DNA from: a virus
Virus record (IMG/VR): IMGVR_UViG_3300020048_000054
Span: 32,001 to 96,000 of that record
Direction: 5' to 3' (one strand)
Length of the DNA: 64,000 bases
Below the pieces are notes generated by a model. That model did not search any database. It was given only the letters and a program-made list of their open reading frames with translations, and was not told the DNA's origin. This document shows, one piece after another, positions 31,801-42,165 of the stretch (position 1 is the first letter of the stretch; each line of letters begins with the position of its first letter). A program made the position numbers and the translations under genes.

Positions 31801-33922
31801 TTGTTTTTTCTATCTCTATTATGTTTCTCATATTATTAAAATATGGAGAAGCTAATAGTTCCTTACGGTTAGTAATTGGATCTGTGTATGTACTTTTTAT
31901 AAAAGTTTGTTTGTCTTCATTCGTGCAAAAACAATTGGCTACAAATCCTGTACCACCCCCGGAAGATTCACCACAATAGTAATCAGATAGTGGAAGGCCA
32001 GTTGTCGGTTCTAGTATTTCACTACAGAGTGGATAACTTTCGGCAATGGATTTACCAGTTTCTAATCTCGTTATTGAATTCCTTATAACATCTTCTGCTA
32101 TGTCTATGCGTTTCACTTCTAAATCATATAAGTATTTTGTTTGTATATCTGGAGTTTCTCTCAGATACATCAATTCACCAATTGTTTTACTGAATGGTCC
32201 AGTTATTCCAAAGTCATAACTTAGTGTTAATCCGTTTGGGAATGTTGGAACTTCGTCAGTTTCTAATGTAAACCCAGCTGTAAGTCCAGCTGTAAATCCA
32301 GATCTTTTATAGTTAACTAAATCACTAAAGCCACCAGCAGAAACAACTTTATATTCATCGGTGAGTATAGCAGCCTCTTGATCTTCGTCTAAAACAGTAT
32401 AATCACAGCAAATACTATATCGATATACTTTCCACTTTTCTTTTAAGTTTTTCTTCTGAGCATATTCAACTTTTTTATCTTTAATTTTGTTCTTGATTTC
32501 TCTTTGAATTATAGAGCATGTTGCTCCGCTTAATTCAATCTGATCAAACATTGGTTGCCATGTGATGGAGCTATCACGATTTCCATGAGTATATCCATGA
32601 TGCTCCCAACTAACTGATTTCTCTTTGTTGCTATAATTTGGAGAAAAATAACCAGATATATTGTCTTGTACCACATTAACTACAGTAGGAACCGTAGACA
32701 CATCAGAAGGTATAAGTGGATATCTTTCAACTTTAGACCATTTATTATAATCCTTAAAATAGTCATATTTAATTTCTGTTATAGTATGTGATTCATTATA
32801 ATCTAAATATTTTCTATATGGTTCATTCCATGCTGGTTCAACTAATTGATATTTTGCAGCTAGAGCATTTGCCTCAAATAATCTCAGAGAATTGGATTCA
32901 TTTAAGATTCTCAAATCAATGATATAACCAAGCTGTAATATTTGATTTACAGTAATTGAGTATTCCCTATACTTCTGTTCTTCCTGCAACAGCGATTCAA
33001 TACTTCTAAAATTCCACCTATCTAAATCTTGCCAAAACAGAAAATTACAAACATATGGATTGCTTTCAGCTACTGCATATTCTGCCAAATACTGCATAAG
33101 TTGAAGTGGTTTAATTGGTCTATTTAATTTACTCCAAGGGTACATCAATTGGTTTTGTTTATACCAAATCCAATTTTTTGTTGGTTCGATAAACATACTT
33201 TTTTGAGTAGTACCCTGCATAGATCTGCCAGTCTTAAAAAACTTGCTTTCTATTAAATTGACTAAACCTATAGGTTTTGGCTTAGAATTAAGTTTTTTAT
33301 TAAGTGCAGCAATTACTGCGCGTACAACTGGTCCACCCGCAGCATTTAAACCCGACGCTAAACCTGCTACTATAAGAGCATTTCTACTCATCTTAATTGC
33401 TTCTCTTGCAAATTTATCTAATGCTCTTTTAAAAACATCGTTGCTACTGCTAGCTATTGTAGTAATAATATCAGATCCAGTTGATCCAGCTAATTCAGAA
33501 AAATCTCGATGATTTAATAAATAATGTTCATATGATAAAAACTGAACAATTAAAGCATTCTTAGTAATATGAGTATCTGGATCATATTTATTAGAATCTG
33601 CTTGATCTGATTCAGCTTGAACATTATAGATTTTAAACCGTAAAGATTTATACGATTTACTAATGTCTGGGTTTTCAACTCTAATAATTAAATCTTCAAA
33701 ACCACTAAAATTTATCTGTTCTGCTGTTGAGCTAAGATCTCGTATTGTTAATTGACCAGAAACAGAAGCTTCAAACATTCCTTCTGTTATTGATAACGAC
33801 ACAAAAGAAAATACATTTAAATTTGGCCAAATTTTGTATATTTCGCCAGATTTTCCTATTATTGTTATTTCGTGTATCAGTAAATTAGATATCTGTGGTG
33901 TTATATCAGTAATATTTGCCAT
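28821..33922 (-). CDS. Baseplate hub protein (gp27-like) with a large insertion, split by an apparent -1 frameshift near 29520-29540
   Basis: The N-terminus (SLSITEGMF..SGQLTIRD, FLFWQD..WNFRSIESL) is in ORF 29366..33922. The hub-type C-terminus (ITVNGDLTLRPG..YSGYWLVSAINH) is in a frame open from 29540 to 28821. Confidence 0.6.
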
Positions 33923-33924
33923 AA

Positions 33925-34866
33925 TTAATCAATTCTCATTAAGGTATTAGCTGTCTCTATTGTATCTCCAAGTAAGATATTAGCTTTATTTATCACGAAT
34001 GGGACAGTTTCTGAGTTTATAATATTCAATTTAATCTTGTTGTAATATTCCGAAATAAACACATCTTCTTTATTCTTAACTCTAATACCTGTTACCGCTA
34101 AATTGTTTATAATTCTACTTAGTATTGTTAATTGAAATGATGTTTTGTCATCTTCATTACAAGTATCCATTATCAATGTACCAAGAATCGGAGTTCCATC
34201 GGCTTCTCCAGTTGTTTTAGTAAAAGGATTCACTGCTCTATTTGATCCATCTATAAACTGTGCTGGTGCTTGTAAAAATGGAGAATATCCAATAATATTA
34301 ATTGTGGTTGTTGATGTTGTTAATGGATCACAATAATTAGTTAATTTGATGAAACTGCCACTAGAAGCAGAAGTTATTCTGCGTATTTCAGCAGTAGGCC
34401 ACACTTGATTAGCAGTGAATGCATTAACAATTGGTAAATCGTAATTTTCTTTAATTACGATTTCTTTATAGAAAGGATCCCACGACTCAATAACACCATA
34501 TGAGTTTTCTGAGAAGTATAAGATATCATTTGGTACTATTTCTACATTTTCATAAATGTAATATACTTTTTTATTCTGTAGTTTTTCTAATGCAGATCCA
34601 AATGCTTCTTGTTGAATTGGCCAGTCTCTGTTAACATCATATATTTTATTTACTAATAACAATAACCAGTAGTATTTAAATTCTTTATAGATTTCGTATG
34701 ATAACTGATCTGGTCTTAAAACTGTTTCAAATTGCTGTGTTGTGTAGAAACTAGTATTTGCAAAAAAAGATGGTTTGATTGCAATTCTAGAAAAAATGTC
34801 AATCACAGAGCGTTCTCCAGTAGAAAACGGGTATATTATGGTAGGTAATTTTTCAAAATATGTCAT
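33925..34866 (-). CDS. gp53: Baseplate wedge protein gp53
   Basis: YFEKLPTI.Y, RPDQLSYEIY and YYWLLLLVN.I.D..DWP motifs. Confidence 0.85.
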   Translation of the reverse strand: MTYFEKLPTIIYPFSTGERSVIDIFSRIAIKPSFFANTSFYTTQQFETVLRPDQLSYEIYKEFKYYWLLLLVNKIYDVNRDWPIQQEAFGSALEKLQNKKVYYIYENVEIVPNDILYFSENSYGVIESWDPFYKEIVIKENYDLPIVNAFTANQVWPTAEIRRITSASSGSFIKLTNYCDPLTTSTTTINIIGYSPFLQAPAQFIDGSNRAVNPFTKTTGEADGTPILGTLIMDTCNEDDKTSFQLTILSRIINNLAVTGIRVKNKEDVFISEYYNKIKLNIINSETVPFVINKANILLGDTIETANTLMRID

Positions 34867-35684
34867 TATAGTTCTTTGTTGGGTTTACCACCGCTAGTAT
34901 ATGATGCTCTACTTCGACTTACGATACTTTCGTGATCAGAACCTTCCATCAATGACCATGTTCTCATTGATGGCTCTATTTCGGTAAAAGATACAGTGAT
35001 ATCTAATCCCAAAAAGTAATCATTGGTTGTTAAAACTGGACCAAGTTTATCTAATCGATTTATAGACACATTACTTAAAACAGATAATCCTATATTATTA
35101 CTAAGCACTTTAGAGTTTCCTTTTCCACCATTAGGAACAATTTTAATATCCCACATCGGTGGTGGTTTTGTCTGAACGTCCGAGAAAAGAAAAGGATATA
35201 ATCTGGTTTGGAATCCATTTGCTATTGTATCTAAATTTATTGCATCTTTAGCATTTTTTGCATATAAACTAAATCCAAAACTGTGTACACGTTTTGCTGT
35301 GTTTTTGAAACCAAGATCACTCAATGAAGTTTGTACCATGCCCTCACCCATAGCTCCAGCTATTGTATCAGCTATAATATTCCCACCCAAACTAGAACCT
35401 ATACTTCTTATTTTTTGAAAATCTCCAGTTAAAGCATCTCGTATTCCACCGAATATCATATCACTTTTGCTTGGTTCAGCATCTTCATAACTTGCTACGT
35501 TTGGTGCAGCATATCTTTGAAGAGGGAGGATATAGTTATCGTTAGGATCTTTAGATTCTTCGAAATTAACTCGGTATTTTGCTAGAGTATTAAATGAAGT
35601 ACACCTAAATCTTACCCAAGCAGCAACTTGTTTGTCATAAATAGCAATATCAGACGAATTTGGATCTGGAAACTGTATAGCCAT
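34866..35684 (-). CDS. gp48: Baseplate tail-tube cap (gp48-like)
   Basis: FKN..R.HSF.F.L.AKN..DA..I..F..P..W.I and L..SFTEIE pattern; adjacent to gp53. Confidence 0.65.
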   Translation of the reverse strand: MAIQFPDPNSSDIAIYDKQVAAWVRFRCTSFNTLAKYRVNFEESKDPNDNYILPLQRYAAPNVASYEDAEPSKSDMIFGGIRDALTGDFQKIRSIGSSLGGNIIADTIAGAMGEGMVQTSLSDLGFKNTAKRVHSFGFSLYAKNAKDAINLDTIANGFQTRLYPFLFSDVQTKPPPMWDIKIVPNGGKGNSKVLSNNIGLSVLSNVSINRLDKLGPVLTTNDYFLGLDITVSFTEIEPSMRTWSLMEGSDHESIVSRSRASYTSGGKPNKEL

Positions 35685-35693
35685 TTAAAATTT

Positions 35694-36134
35694 ATGCCTT
35701 ATAAGAGTAAGTTTAATCCCAAAAACCCACAAAAATATATTGGCAATTCTGCCAACATCATATGTAGATCACTTTGGGAAAGAACTTTCTGTAAATATTT
35801 AGACGAAAACCAAAATATTCTGAGATGGTCTAGTGAAGAATTGGTTATTCCCTATGTTTCCCCCATTGATGACAAAATACACAGATATTATCCAGATTTC
35901 CTGTTTGAGATGAAAAAGAACAATATGGTAGAAACTCTGGTGGTTGAAATTAAACCAGCAAAGCAAACAGAAGAACCAATAAGAGGAAAAAAGAGTAAAA
36001 AAACATTCCTCACAGAGACTGTGCAATTTCAGATAAATAAGTCTAAGTGGGAATCAGCAAAAAAATTATGTCATGCGAATGGGTGGAAATTTGTGGTTTT
36101 GACGGAAAAAGACTTATTCAAAGGAAAGAAATAA
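35694..36134 (+). CDS. gp4: Head completion protein gp4 (TnsA-like endonuclease fold)
   Basis: MPYKSKFNPKNPQKYIG..RSLWE, WSSEE..IPY.SP.D..HRYYPDF, EIKP.KQT and KW..A motifs; ATG at 35694. Confidence 0.9.
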   Translation: MPYKSKFNPKNPQKYIGNSANIICRSLWERTFCKYLDENQNILRWSSEELVIPYVSPIDDKIHRYYPDFLFEMKKNNMVETLVVEIKPAKQTEEPIRGKKSKKTFLTETVQFQINKSKWESAKKLCHANGWKFVVLTEKDLFKGKK

Positions 36135-36731
36135 ATGGCTAGTCCCCTACATGACGGAACTCCAGCGGGATTGATGGAATATATCAGCAAAAATAATGGG
36201 CTACAGCATGCCTCTCGTTTTAGAGTGTCAATACAAAGAAATGGAGAACAGATAGATGAACCGCACATATTTTTATGTGGACTTGCTCAGATTCCCACTG
36301 CTAAGATTAAAATATACCAAGATGTATTATCTGGATCTGCTTCGATAATTCCAATTCCATATGGCATTGAATACTCAGGAAATCTCCTAGAATTTATGAT
36401 AGAAGAATCTTGGGCAAGCAGACGTTACTTCGAAGACTGGCAATCTTCTATATTTGCAAAATCTGGTGGTATAATTGATCCAGTACCAGTATTCAACAAT
36501 AGAGTTAGATTTTATGAAGATGTTATTGGAAAAGTGGAAATAGAAGCAATATCTATTGCTAACAACATAGATACAACACCACTCAAATATGAATTATATG
36601 GCTGCATACCAATGGAAATTGTCCCAACTCAATTTGAATCATTAAACGGATTCAACAATGTGTTAAAATTTAGTGTTAATATGATTTATCGTTACTATAA
36701 AGTACAAAAAGAACAAAAAACCTCAGATTGA
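36135..36731 (+). CDS. Tail tube-related protein (gp19/gp54-like)
   Basis: GL..SRF.V, R.YFE.W, FYED..G.VEI, Y.L.G..P and F.V..Y.YY pattern. Confidence 0.6.
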   Translation: MASPLHDGTPAGLMEYISKNNGLQHASRFRVSIQRNGEQIDEPHIFLCGLAQIPTAKIKIYQDVLSGSASIIPIPYGIEYSGNLLEFMIEESWASRRYFEDWQSSIFAKSGGIIDPVPVFNNRVRFYEDVIGKVEIEAISIANNIDTTPLKYELYGCIPMEIVPTQFESLNGFNNVLKFSVNMIYRYYKVQKEQKTSD

Positions 36732-36745
36732 AAGTGAATTAGCTT

Positions 36746-37483
36746 ATGTTAAAAGAATTATTGATTGAAAATACCCCAAAGTACACTCAGATTTTACCAT
36801 TTTCTCAGACAAGAGTGACATATCGTCCATTTGTAGTCCGTGAAGAAAAAAGTTTGATGATTTCTAAGGAAACTGCAGGATTTGAAGACTTAATGATGAC
36901 AATACGAAATGTCATCAATAATTGCACGACAAATCTACCAAATGACGATTGCAAAAACTTGCCATTTTGTGATTTGGAGTATCTTTTTATAAAAATTAGA
37001 GAAAAATCTGTAGGAGAGTCTGTTGTTTGCAACATCACCTGTCCAGTAACCAAAGAAGTGGTGCAGACTACGATGGATCTGCAAAAAGTAAAAATCACTA
37101 GCAAGAAATCGGAAAGCAAACTACGAATTGATTCAAATATTTCTGTAGTTCTACAGCAACCAACAATGCAAACATACTTGACTCTCAATAAGTATGAAGT
37201 TAAACAGGAAGAAGATGGTGTTTTAGAGTTATTGGCTCTGTGTATCTCTGAAATTCATTCAAGTGACGAGATTTATTACACAAAAGATCTACCACACACA
37301 GAAGTTCTTCAGTTTGTTGAGTCACTAACTGCAAAACAATTCTCAATACTGTTGAATTTTATAAAAAATATTCCAACAATAGAAGTATCAATAGATTATG
37401 TGACATCTGATAAGGTAAAACGGTCAATTATATTGCGAGGATTTACCGATTTTTTAGAATTATTCTTGGTTATGCATCTCTGA
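36746..37483 (+). CDS. gp26: Baseplate hub assembly protein gp26
   Basis: PKY..LP, YRPFVVREEK.L, DLEYLFIKIREKSVGE and terminal G..DF motifs. Confidence 0.88.
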   Translation: MLKELLIENTPKYTQILPFSQTRVTYRPFVVREEKSLMISKETAGFEDLMMTIRNVINNCTTNLPNDDCKNLPFCDLEYLFIKIREKSVGESVVCNITCPVTKEVVQTTMDLQKVKITSKKSESKLRIDSNISVVLQQPTMQTYLTLNKYEVKQEEDGVLELLALCISEIHSSDEIYYTKDLPHTEVLQFVESLTAKQFSILLNFIKNIPTIEVSIDYVTSDKVKRSIILRGFTDFLELFLVMHL

Positions 37484-37632
37484 GTGTTATTTTGCAGTTA
37501 AACTTTCAATTGATATTTGAACACAAGTTACCGATTGATGGGATTGAAAGAATGCTGCCGTGGGAACGAAATATCTTTATGGATATGATGAAAGATTATA
37601 TCGAAAAACAAAATGAAGCTATGAGAAAATAA
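37450..37632 (+). CDS. gp51: gp51-like baseplate hub assembly catalyst, in the -1 frame of gp26 (probably reached by frameshift; alternative TTG start at 37492)
   Basis: Not in the ORF track. The frame reads FRIILGYASLSVILQLNFQLIFEHKLPIDGIERMLPWERNIFMDMMKDYIEKQNEAMRK*, containing the gp51 motif NF.L..H..IE.M.PWER. Confidence 0.8.
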   Translation, partial: FFRIILGYASLSVILQLNFQLIFEHKLPIDGIERMLPWERNIFMDMMKDYIEKQNEAMRK

Positions 37633-37635
37633 CCC

Positions 37636-39549
37636 ATGAAACCAGAACATACCAAGAACATAAAAAAATTCATCAAGAAGTACAAATCTATACTAAAACT
37701 TCCATTCATGAATAAGTTTTCAGATGAACCTAATGCAGAAGCTATAGGTAAGCCAATGGTAGAGATTTTACCTAGTATTGATCGCATTTCAGAAGAAGAT
37801 AATACAGGTATTGCTAAGCTTGCTGCAAAATATGATCCAACTGCTAAAGTTTCTGGTGGTTTTGGAAAATCTCCTATTGTGACCATATTGAATTCTGGCA
37901 ATAAGAAAGAAGCAGCTCTAACTGGAGAGGTGAAGAGTGATGGTCCAGAAACTATCGTAAGAACTCTTTCTGGAAAATCAGATTCTGTAATTCCATATTC
38001 GTATTTAAAACCAACAGATACTCCTAGAGTTATGTCTGGCGGTAATAAGCTTATATCTCCTCCTGAAAAATCAAATTCTGTAATTCCATATTCGTATTTA
38101 AAACCAACAGATACTCCTAGAGTTATGTCTGGCGGTAATAAGCTTATATCTCCTCCTGAAAAATCAAATTCTGTAATTCCATATTCGTATTTAAAACCAA
38201 CAGATACTCCTAGAGTTATGTCTGGCGGTAATAAGCTTATATCTCTACCAAAAACAGATGTAAAGAAGTTAGTAGATCTATCATTAACAAATCAGATTAC
38301 TAATAAGATTATAAAGACGAAGAACAACGAATATACATTAAAAATACCGGAATATGGTATTGGTAAAAATATAATATCTGGATTGATGAGCGTTGTTAAA
38401 GCGGCCAAACCAGCAGTAAAAAACGCAGCAAAAAATTTCGGAACAATTGGTGATAAATTAAATCCATTAACTGATGCGTTGAAATCTGCAAAAAAAATGG
38501 GAATGTCTTTAATTTCACAAACACAGAGAGATGAATCCAGCTCTACGTCTCCTGTGTCTTCAAATCCCGCAACACCACCTGTTGTCACTAATGAATATCC
38601 TGCTCAGGCTGTAAAGGGAAATCCAGTCTCTGCGGCTGCTGCGGCTGCTCCTGCGGCTGCTCCTGCGGCTGCTGCTCCTGCAGTTTCTGCTGCTTCTACT
38701 ACTACGTCTGCTGCGGCCGCTGCTCCTACTCCTACAGCTGCTGCTCCTACGGCTGCTGCTCCTACGGCTGCTGCTCCTACTCCTGCGGCCGCTGCTCCTA
38801 CTCCTGTGGCTGCTAGTGGTTCAATATCAACAGCAACTGAACCAGCTAAGGGTCCTGAAACAAAAATTGAATCAAACTTTGACAATGGAGTAGGATCAGA
38901 TCCGCAACAGGCGCAAGCAGCAGCAGAAGAAACATTAAAAACAGCGGACATCCCAGAAGAAGCAGGAGCAGGTGCCGCTAGAGGAATTGCAGGAATTGTT
39001 GATGCAGTTACTACAGTTGCTCAGGTAGCAGGAACTATTGCTACAGGTGGTGTTGGAGGAGCTGCTTTTGGTGCATTGAAGGGAGTTGGAGCAATGGCTG
39101 GTGGTGCTAGTAAAGTTGCAGGAGGTTTGGGTAAAGTTTCAAAACTTGCAGGAGCAATGCCTGGTGGTGGTGGCGAAGGCGGCGGTGGTGGCGGTGGGGG
39201 AATGGGAGTGCCTGGGGGTGGTATGGGTTCTATGCTAGGAGGCGGTGGGAATGCTGCTCTTGCTGGAGGAGCATTAGCTGCAGTGGGAGGAATTGCAGCA
39301 GGAGTTGGTGGGGTTGCGGCGGGAATAGGTAGTGCAGTTGGAGGACTTGCAGGGGCATATGCTACTGTGGGTGGTAAACTAATAGATGCAGTATTTGGAG
39401 GAAACGATAAGAAAGAATCTGTGTCTGTATCAAATGATGCTAGATCTAATGCTACCATTGTAAACTCAGTATCTAATCAATACGACGTATACAGAAAAAC
39501 TGCAGATGATTCATTCATGTTACCAAATTACAGAAGAGAATATGGTTAA
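37636..39549 (+). CDS. Putative tape-measure / baseplate hub protein (gp29 position), low-complexity
   Basis: Follows gp26/gp51; Ala/Pro/Thr tract and long Gly/Ala-rich hydrophobic stretch. Confidence 0.45.
   Translation: MKPEHTKNIKKFIKKYKSILKLPFMNKFSDEPNAEAIGKPMVEILPSIDRISEEDNTGIAKLAAKYDPTAKVSGGFGKSPIVTILNSGNKKEAALTGEVKSDGPETIVRTLSGKSDSVIPYSYLKPTDTPRVMSGGNKLISPPEKSNSVIPYSYLKPTDTPRVMSGGNKLISPPEKSNSVIPYSYLKPTDTPRVMSGGNKLISLPKTDVKKLVDLSLTNQITNKIIKTKNNEYTLKIPEYGIGKNIISGLMSVVKAAKPAVKNAAKNFGTIGDKLNPLTDALKSAKKMGMSLISQTQRDESSSTSPVSSNPATPPVVTNEYPAQAVKGNPVSAAAAAAPAAAPAAAAPAVSAASTTTSAAAAAPTPTAAAPTAAAPTAAAPTPAAAAPTPVAASGSISTATEPAKGPETKIESNFDNGVGSDPQQAQAAAEETLKTADIPEEAGAGAARGIAGIVDAVTTVAQVAGTIATGGVGGAAFGALKGVGAMAGGASKVAGGLGKVSKLAGAMPGGGGEGGGGGGGGMGVPGGGMGSMLGGGGNAALAGGALAAVGGIAAGVGGVAAGIGSAVGGLAGAYATVGGKLIDAVFGGNDKKESVSVSNDARSNATIVNSVSNQYDVYRKTADDSFMLPNYRREYG
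37975..38245 (+). repeat. Three tandem 93-bp (31-aa) near-identical repeats
   Basis: ttctgtaattccatattcg... recurs at 37983, 38076 and 38169. Confidence 0.95.
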
Positions 39550-39551
39550 AT

Positions 39552-39580
39552 AAAAGAACCCCATCTCGGTGGGGTTCTTT
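39552..39580. terminator. Bidirectional intrinsic terminator between convergent genes
   Basis: aaagaacccca-tctcgg-tggggttcttt hairpin. Confidence 0.8.
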
Positions 39581-39607
39581 CTTAAGATTAACTAATTACA
39601 AATTATC

Positions 39608-40540
39608 TCAGTCGCCAGCTAGCTTTTGGAAGTACGAGAGAGAATCCATTTCCTCTCCTGGCTCATCTGTTGGAGATGGCTCTTGCTTCTTACCCGAAGT
39701 CTTACCACGACTCTTAGCAGCCTTCTCTTCCTTGCTGTCGAATGGAGTCTCAATAGTCTCATCTTCTGCACGACTTTGATTATCCATAACGCCAGATCGA
39801 ACATCGTCTCCAAGAATCTCATACAGACGAGTCTTCAGAGTTGCATAGTCCTTGAAGTTCTTTGGAGAAACAAACTCATTAAGAGGATATTGCTTGTTCC
39901 AAATTGCTTCCAACTTTGCATCATCTCCACCAAGTAGAGGAGATGCAGGAGAAAATTCTGACTTGTCGTAGTTGGTATAACCAGCCACCTTACGAATCTT
40001 CAATTTGAAGTCAGCACCTGCCCAGAAGTTAAACGGATCCATTGCACTCTCATCCTTGAATTCTGGATACATTGCTTCCTTGATCTTATCAAAGATCTTG
40101 ATGCCATACTTGAAGAGGAATACCTTTCCTTCGTTCTGTGGATTGGATTCATCCTTGATTACAAGAATGTTGGAAATGTAAGACAACTTACGCTTGCGCT
40201 CACGAGCAATGTTCTTGTCTGATTCAATTCCACTATTCCACAATTCGTTATTCAACTCACACACAGGACACTTTGCACCGCTTGTTGTCAAGCAGTTCTC
40301 GATGAACCAACCATTCTTTCCCTGAAAGGCATGAGAGTATAGTTTAATGAATGGAAGTTCTTCCTGCTTCGGTGCTGGCAGAAACCGAATTACTGCATAA
40401 CCGTTTCCGGACTTATCGGGTGTAGCACGCCAGAAGCGATCATCCTTATAATCCTTCTTTCCTTCGATACTCTCAAGAGCCTTCGAAAGATCACTGATGC
40501 TTGACTTTGCCTTGTTCTTAAAATCGCTAAATGATGACAT
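39608..40540 (-). CDS. gp32: Single-stranded DNA-binding protein gp32
   Basis: DDRFW, GNGYAVIRFLPA, WFIENCLTT..CPVCE, GKVFLFKYG.KI and YTNYDKSEF motifs; acidic tail SYFQKLA. Confidence 0.97.
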   Translation of the reverse strand: MSSFSDFKNKAKSSISDLSKALESIEGKKDYKDDRFWRATPDKSGNGYAVIRFLPAPKQEELPFIKLYSHAFQGKNGWFIENCLTTSGAKCPVCELNNELWNSGIESDKNIARERKRKLSYISNILVIKDESNPQNEGKVFLFKYGIKIFDKIKEAMYPEFKDESAMDPFNFWAGADFKLKIRKVAGYTNYDKSEFSPASPLLGGDDAKLEAIWNKQYPLNEFVSPKNFKDYATLKTRLYEILGDDVRSGVMDNQSRAEDETIETPFDSKEEKAAKSRGKTSGKKQEPSPTDEPGEEMDSLSYFQKLAGD

Positions 40541-40623
40541 TCGTATCCTTTGTGGGATCTACCCACGGTTAAATTTTGACGGGAACTCCCCGCCTCGACA
40601 TAAGTAATTATAACACATAATAC

Positions 40624-40851
40624 TTAAATTGGTAGTTTATTCTTTATTTTTGGTAGAAGATTAATCTGGCGTGCCTCTTCTTGAAGCTTCTCGATGATTG
40701 GTTTTGTTAGAAACTTTGCAGCGGCTTCTGGTTCAATCTCCATGTCTTCAGTGACAGCCATCACGGCTTCCAAGTATGTGCCATTCCACTTGCTTATGTG
40801 TATCTCCACTTTTTTACAAAACTGTTGTTGCTTTTCTGGATCAAATATCAT
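40624..40851 (-). CDS. gp33: Late promoter transcription co-activator gp33
   Basis: F..VE..YLEAV..IEPE.AAK.L..I.EKL..EA..NLL pattern; start MIFDP at 40851. Confidence 0.85.
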   Translation of the reverse strand: MIFDPEKQQQFCKKVEIHISKWNGTYLEAVMAVTEDMEIEPEAAAKFLTKPIIEKLQEEARQINLLPKIKNKLPI

Positions 40852-40904
40852 TTTAGTTCCTATTTCTATGGTTATACATACTTTTACTAATACGGAGAAT
40901 TTTA

Positions 40905-42164
40905 ATGGCAGACACCGATAAAGACCTGACAATTGATGTTTCAGGAAACACCGCAAGTATAGCAACAGATTACTTATATGTCAATGGTATAAGTTCAGAT
41001 GCTGCACACGTTCAAATAACCAAGGTGATGTGGGGTGCAAGCGGAGAAGCATTCCGGGTATCGCAGACTACTCCTCTTCCTGTTAATATTTATTCCACCA
41101 ATCCAAGTACTATACTAGGAATATCTGGCTCTGTGTCTGGAACAGTCACTGTGCAGAATAGTGGAACTACTGGTGGCTTTGTATATGTCAAAGGAAGCAC
41201 TGGATATCAATTACCAGTCACTGGAAACATTCAAGGAGTGACTAACGGAGTTCTCATCGGTGTTACAGGAACTCTGAAAATTTCTCAACCAATCATAGTT
41301 GGTGGAGCTGGTTCTGCTGGTAACACTGTTAATGCTGTAGCAATTACTGGTGGTAGATATTTCTCATCTTCTACCGACAGTATTACCGTAACAGGATCTG
41401 TTGCTGTTAGTGGTGGTAGATATCTAAACGCAGTCACTGATACTGTATCATGCCTTGGTTCAGATCTTGGTAGTAAAGTTCTCACCAAGCTATTTGATTC
41501 TGCTGGTTCGACTTTATCATCCACAGCTAATGCTTTAAACGTCTATATGACTAATGCTGGCTTTACTGCAACTGTGAGTATATCTGCCAATACTGGAGTT
41601 TCTAACTATAACAACATTCCTCTTGTTGTTGCAGGAACCACTGGTGGTGGAGCTATTGTTGTAAAGGGCGAAAATGGGGATGCTATCGAAGTCACTGCTA
41701 CTACTCCTCTTGATGTAAATGTAACGAATGATCTATCGATAGATGATACTGCAATAGTTAATGCTCTTACTTTAGAGACGAATCCATTAGTATCGCGCTT
41801 GACAGATATCAAAACAAACACAGCAGTTATATCTTCGCTCAAGACAGATATAACCAATGGAAATCTTAGAGCTAAGATCTCCGAGATTACTCGACCAGGC
41901 AAGGTAGCTAGTGCGACTAAGACTATAACTCCATCTGCTGGTCAGTTGGAAGCAAACATAACACTCAAGGTTGGAGTTACACTCAAAGCACACAGTACTA
42001 ACACAGACATTGTTTATGTTGGTGGATCTGCATTGCTTACTAACACCACCGATGGGTATCCACTAGAAGCTGGTGAAAGTATATTCATAGAGTGTGCTAA
42101 TGTTAACGGATTGTATGCCAGATCAGTTACTGGATCACAGAAGTTAAGTTACATCGGTTCATGA
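40905..42164 (+). CDS. Putative virion structural protein
   Basis: Gly/Thr/Val-rich; C-terminal KA..TNTD.VYVG..DGYPL.AGES beta domain. Confidence 0.5.
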   Translation: MADTDKDLTIDVSGNTASIATDYLYVNGISSDAAHVQITKVMWGASGEAFRVSQTTPLPVNIYSTNPSTILGISGSVSGTVTVQNSGTTGGFVYVKGSTGYQLPVTGNIQGVTNGVLIGVTGTLKISQPIIVGGAGSAGNTVNAVAITGGRYFSSSTDSITVTGSVAVSGGRYLNAVTDTVSCLGSDLGSKVLTKLFDSAGSTLSSTANALNVYMTNAGFTATVSISANTGVSNYNNIPLVVAGTTGGGAIVVKGENGDAIEVTATTPLDVNVTNDLSIDDTAIVNALTLETNPLVSRLTDIKTNTAVISSLKTDITNGNLRAKISEITRPGKVASATKTITPSAGQLEANITLKVGVTLKAHSTNTDIVYVGGSALLTNTTDGYPLEAGESIFIECANVNGLYARSVTGSQKLSYIGS

Positions 42165-42165
42165 T

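Noticed and set aside
220-33512. Numerous plus-strand ORFs of 60-200 aa opposite the structural genes
   Set aside because: They are antisense shadows of well-supported minus-strand genes and have no recognisable motifs.
35694-36134. TnsA transposase / mobile element
   Set aside because: The motifs and position match T4-like head completion protein gp4; no transposon ends or partner genes.
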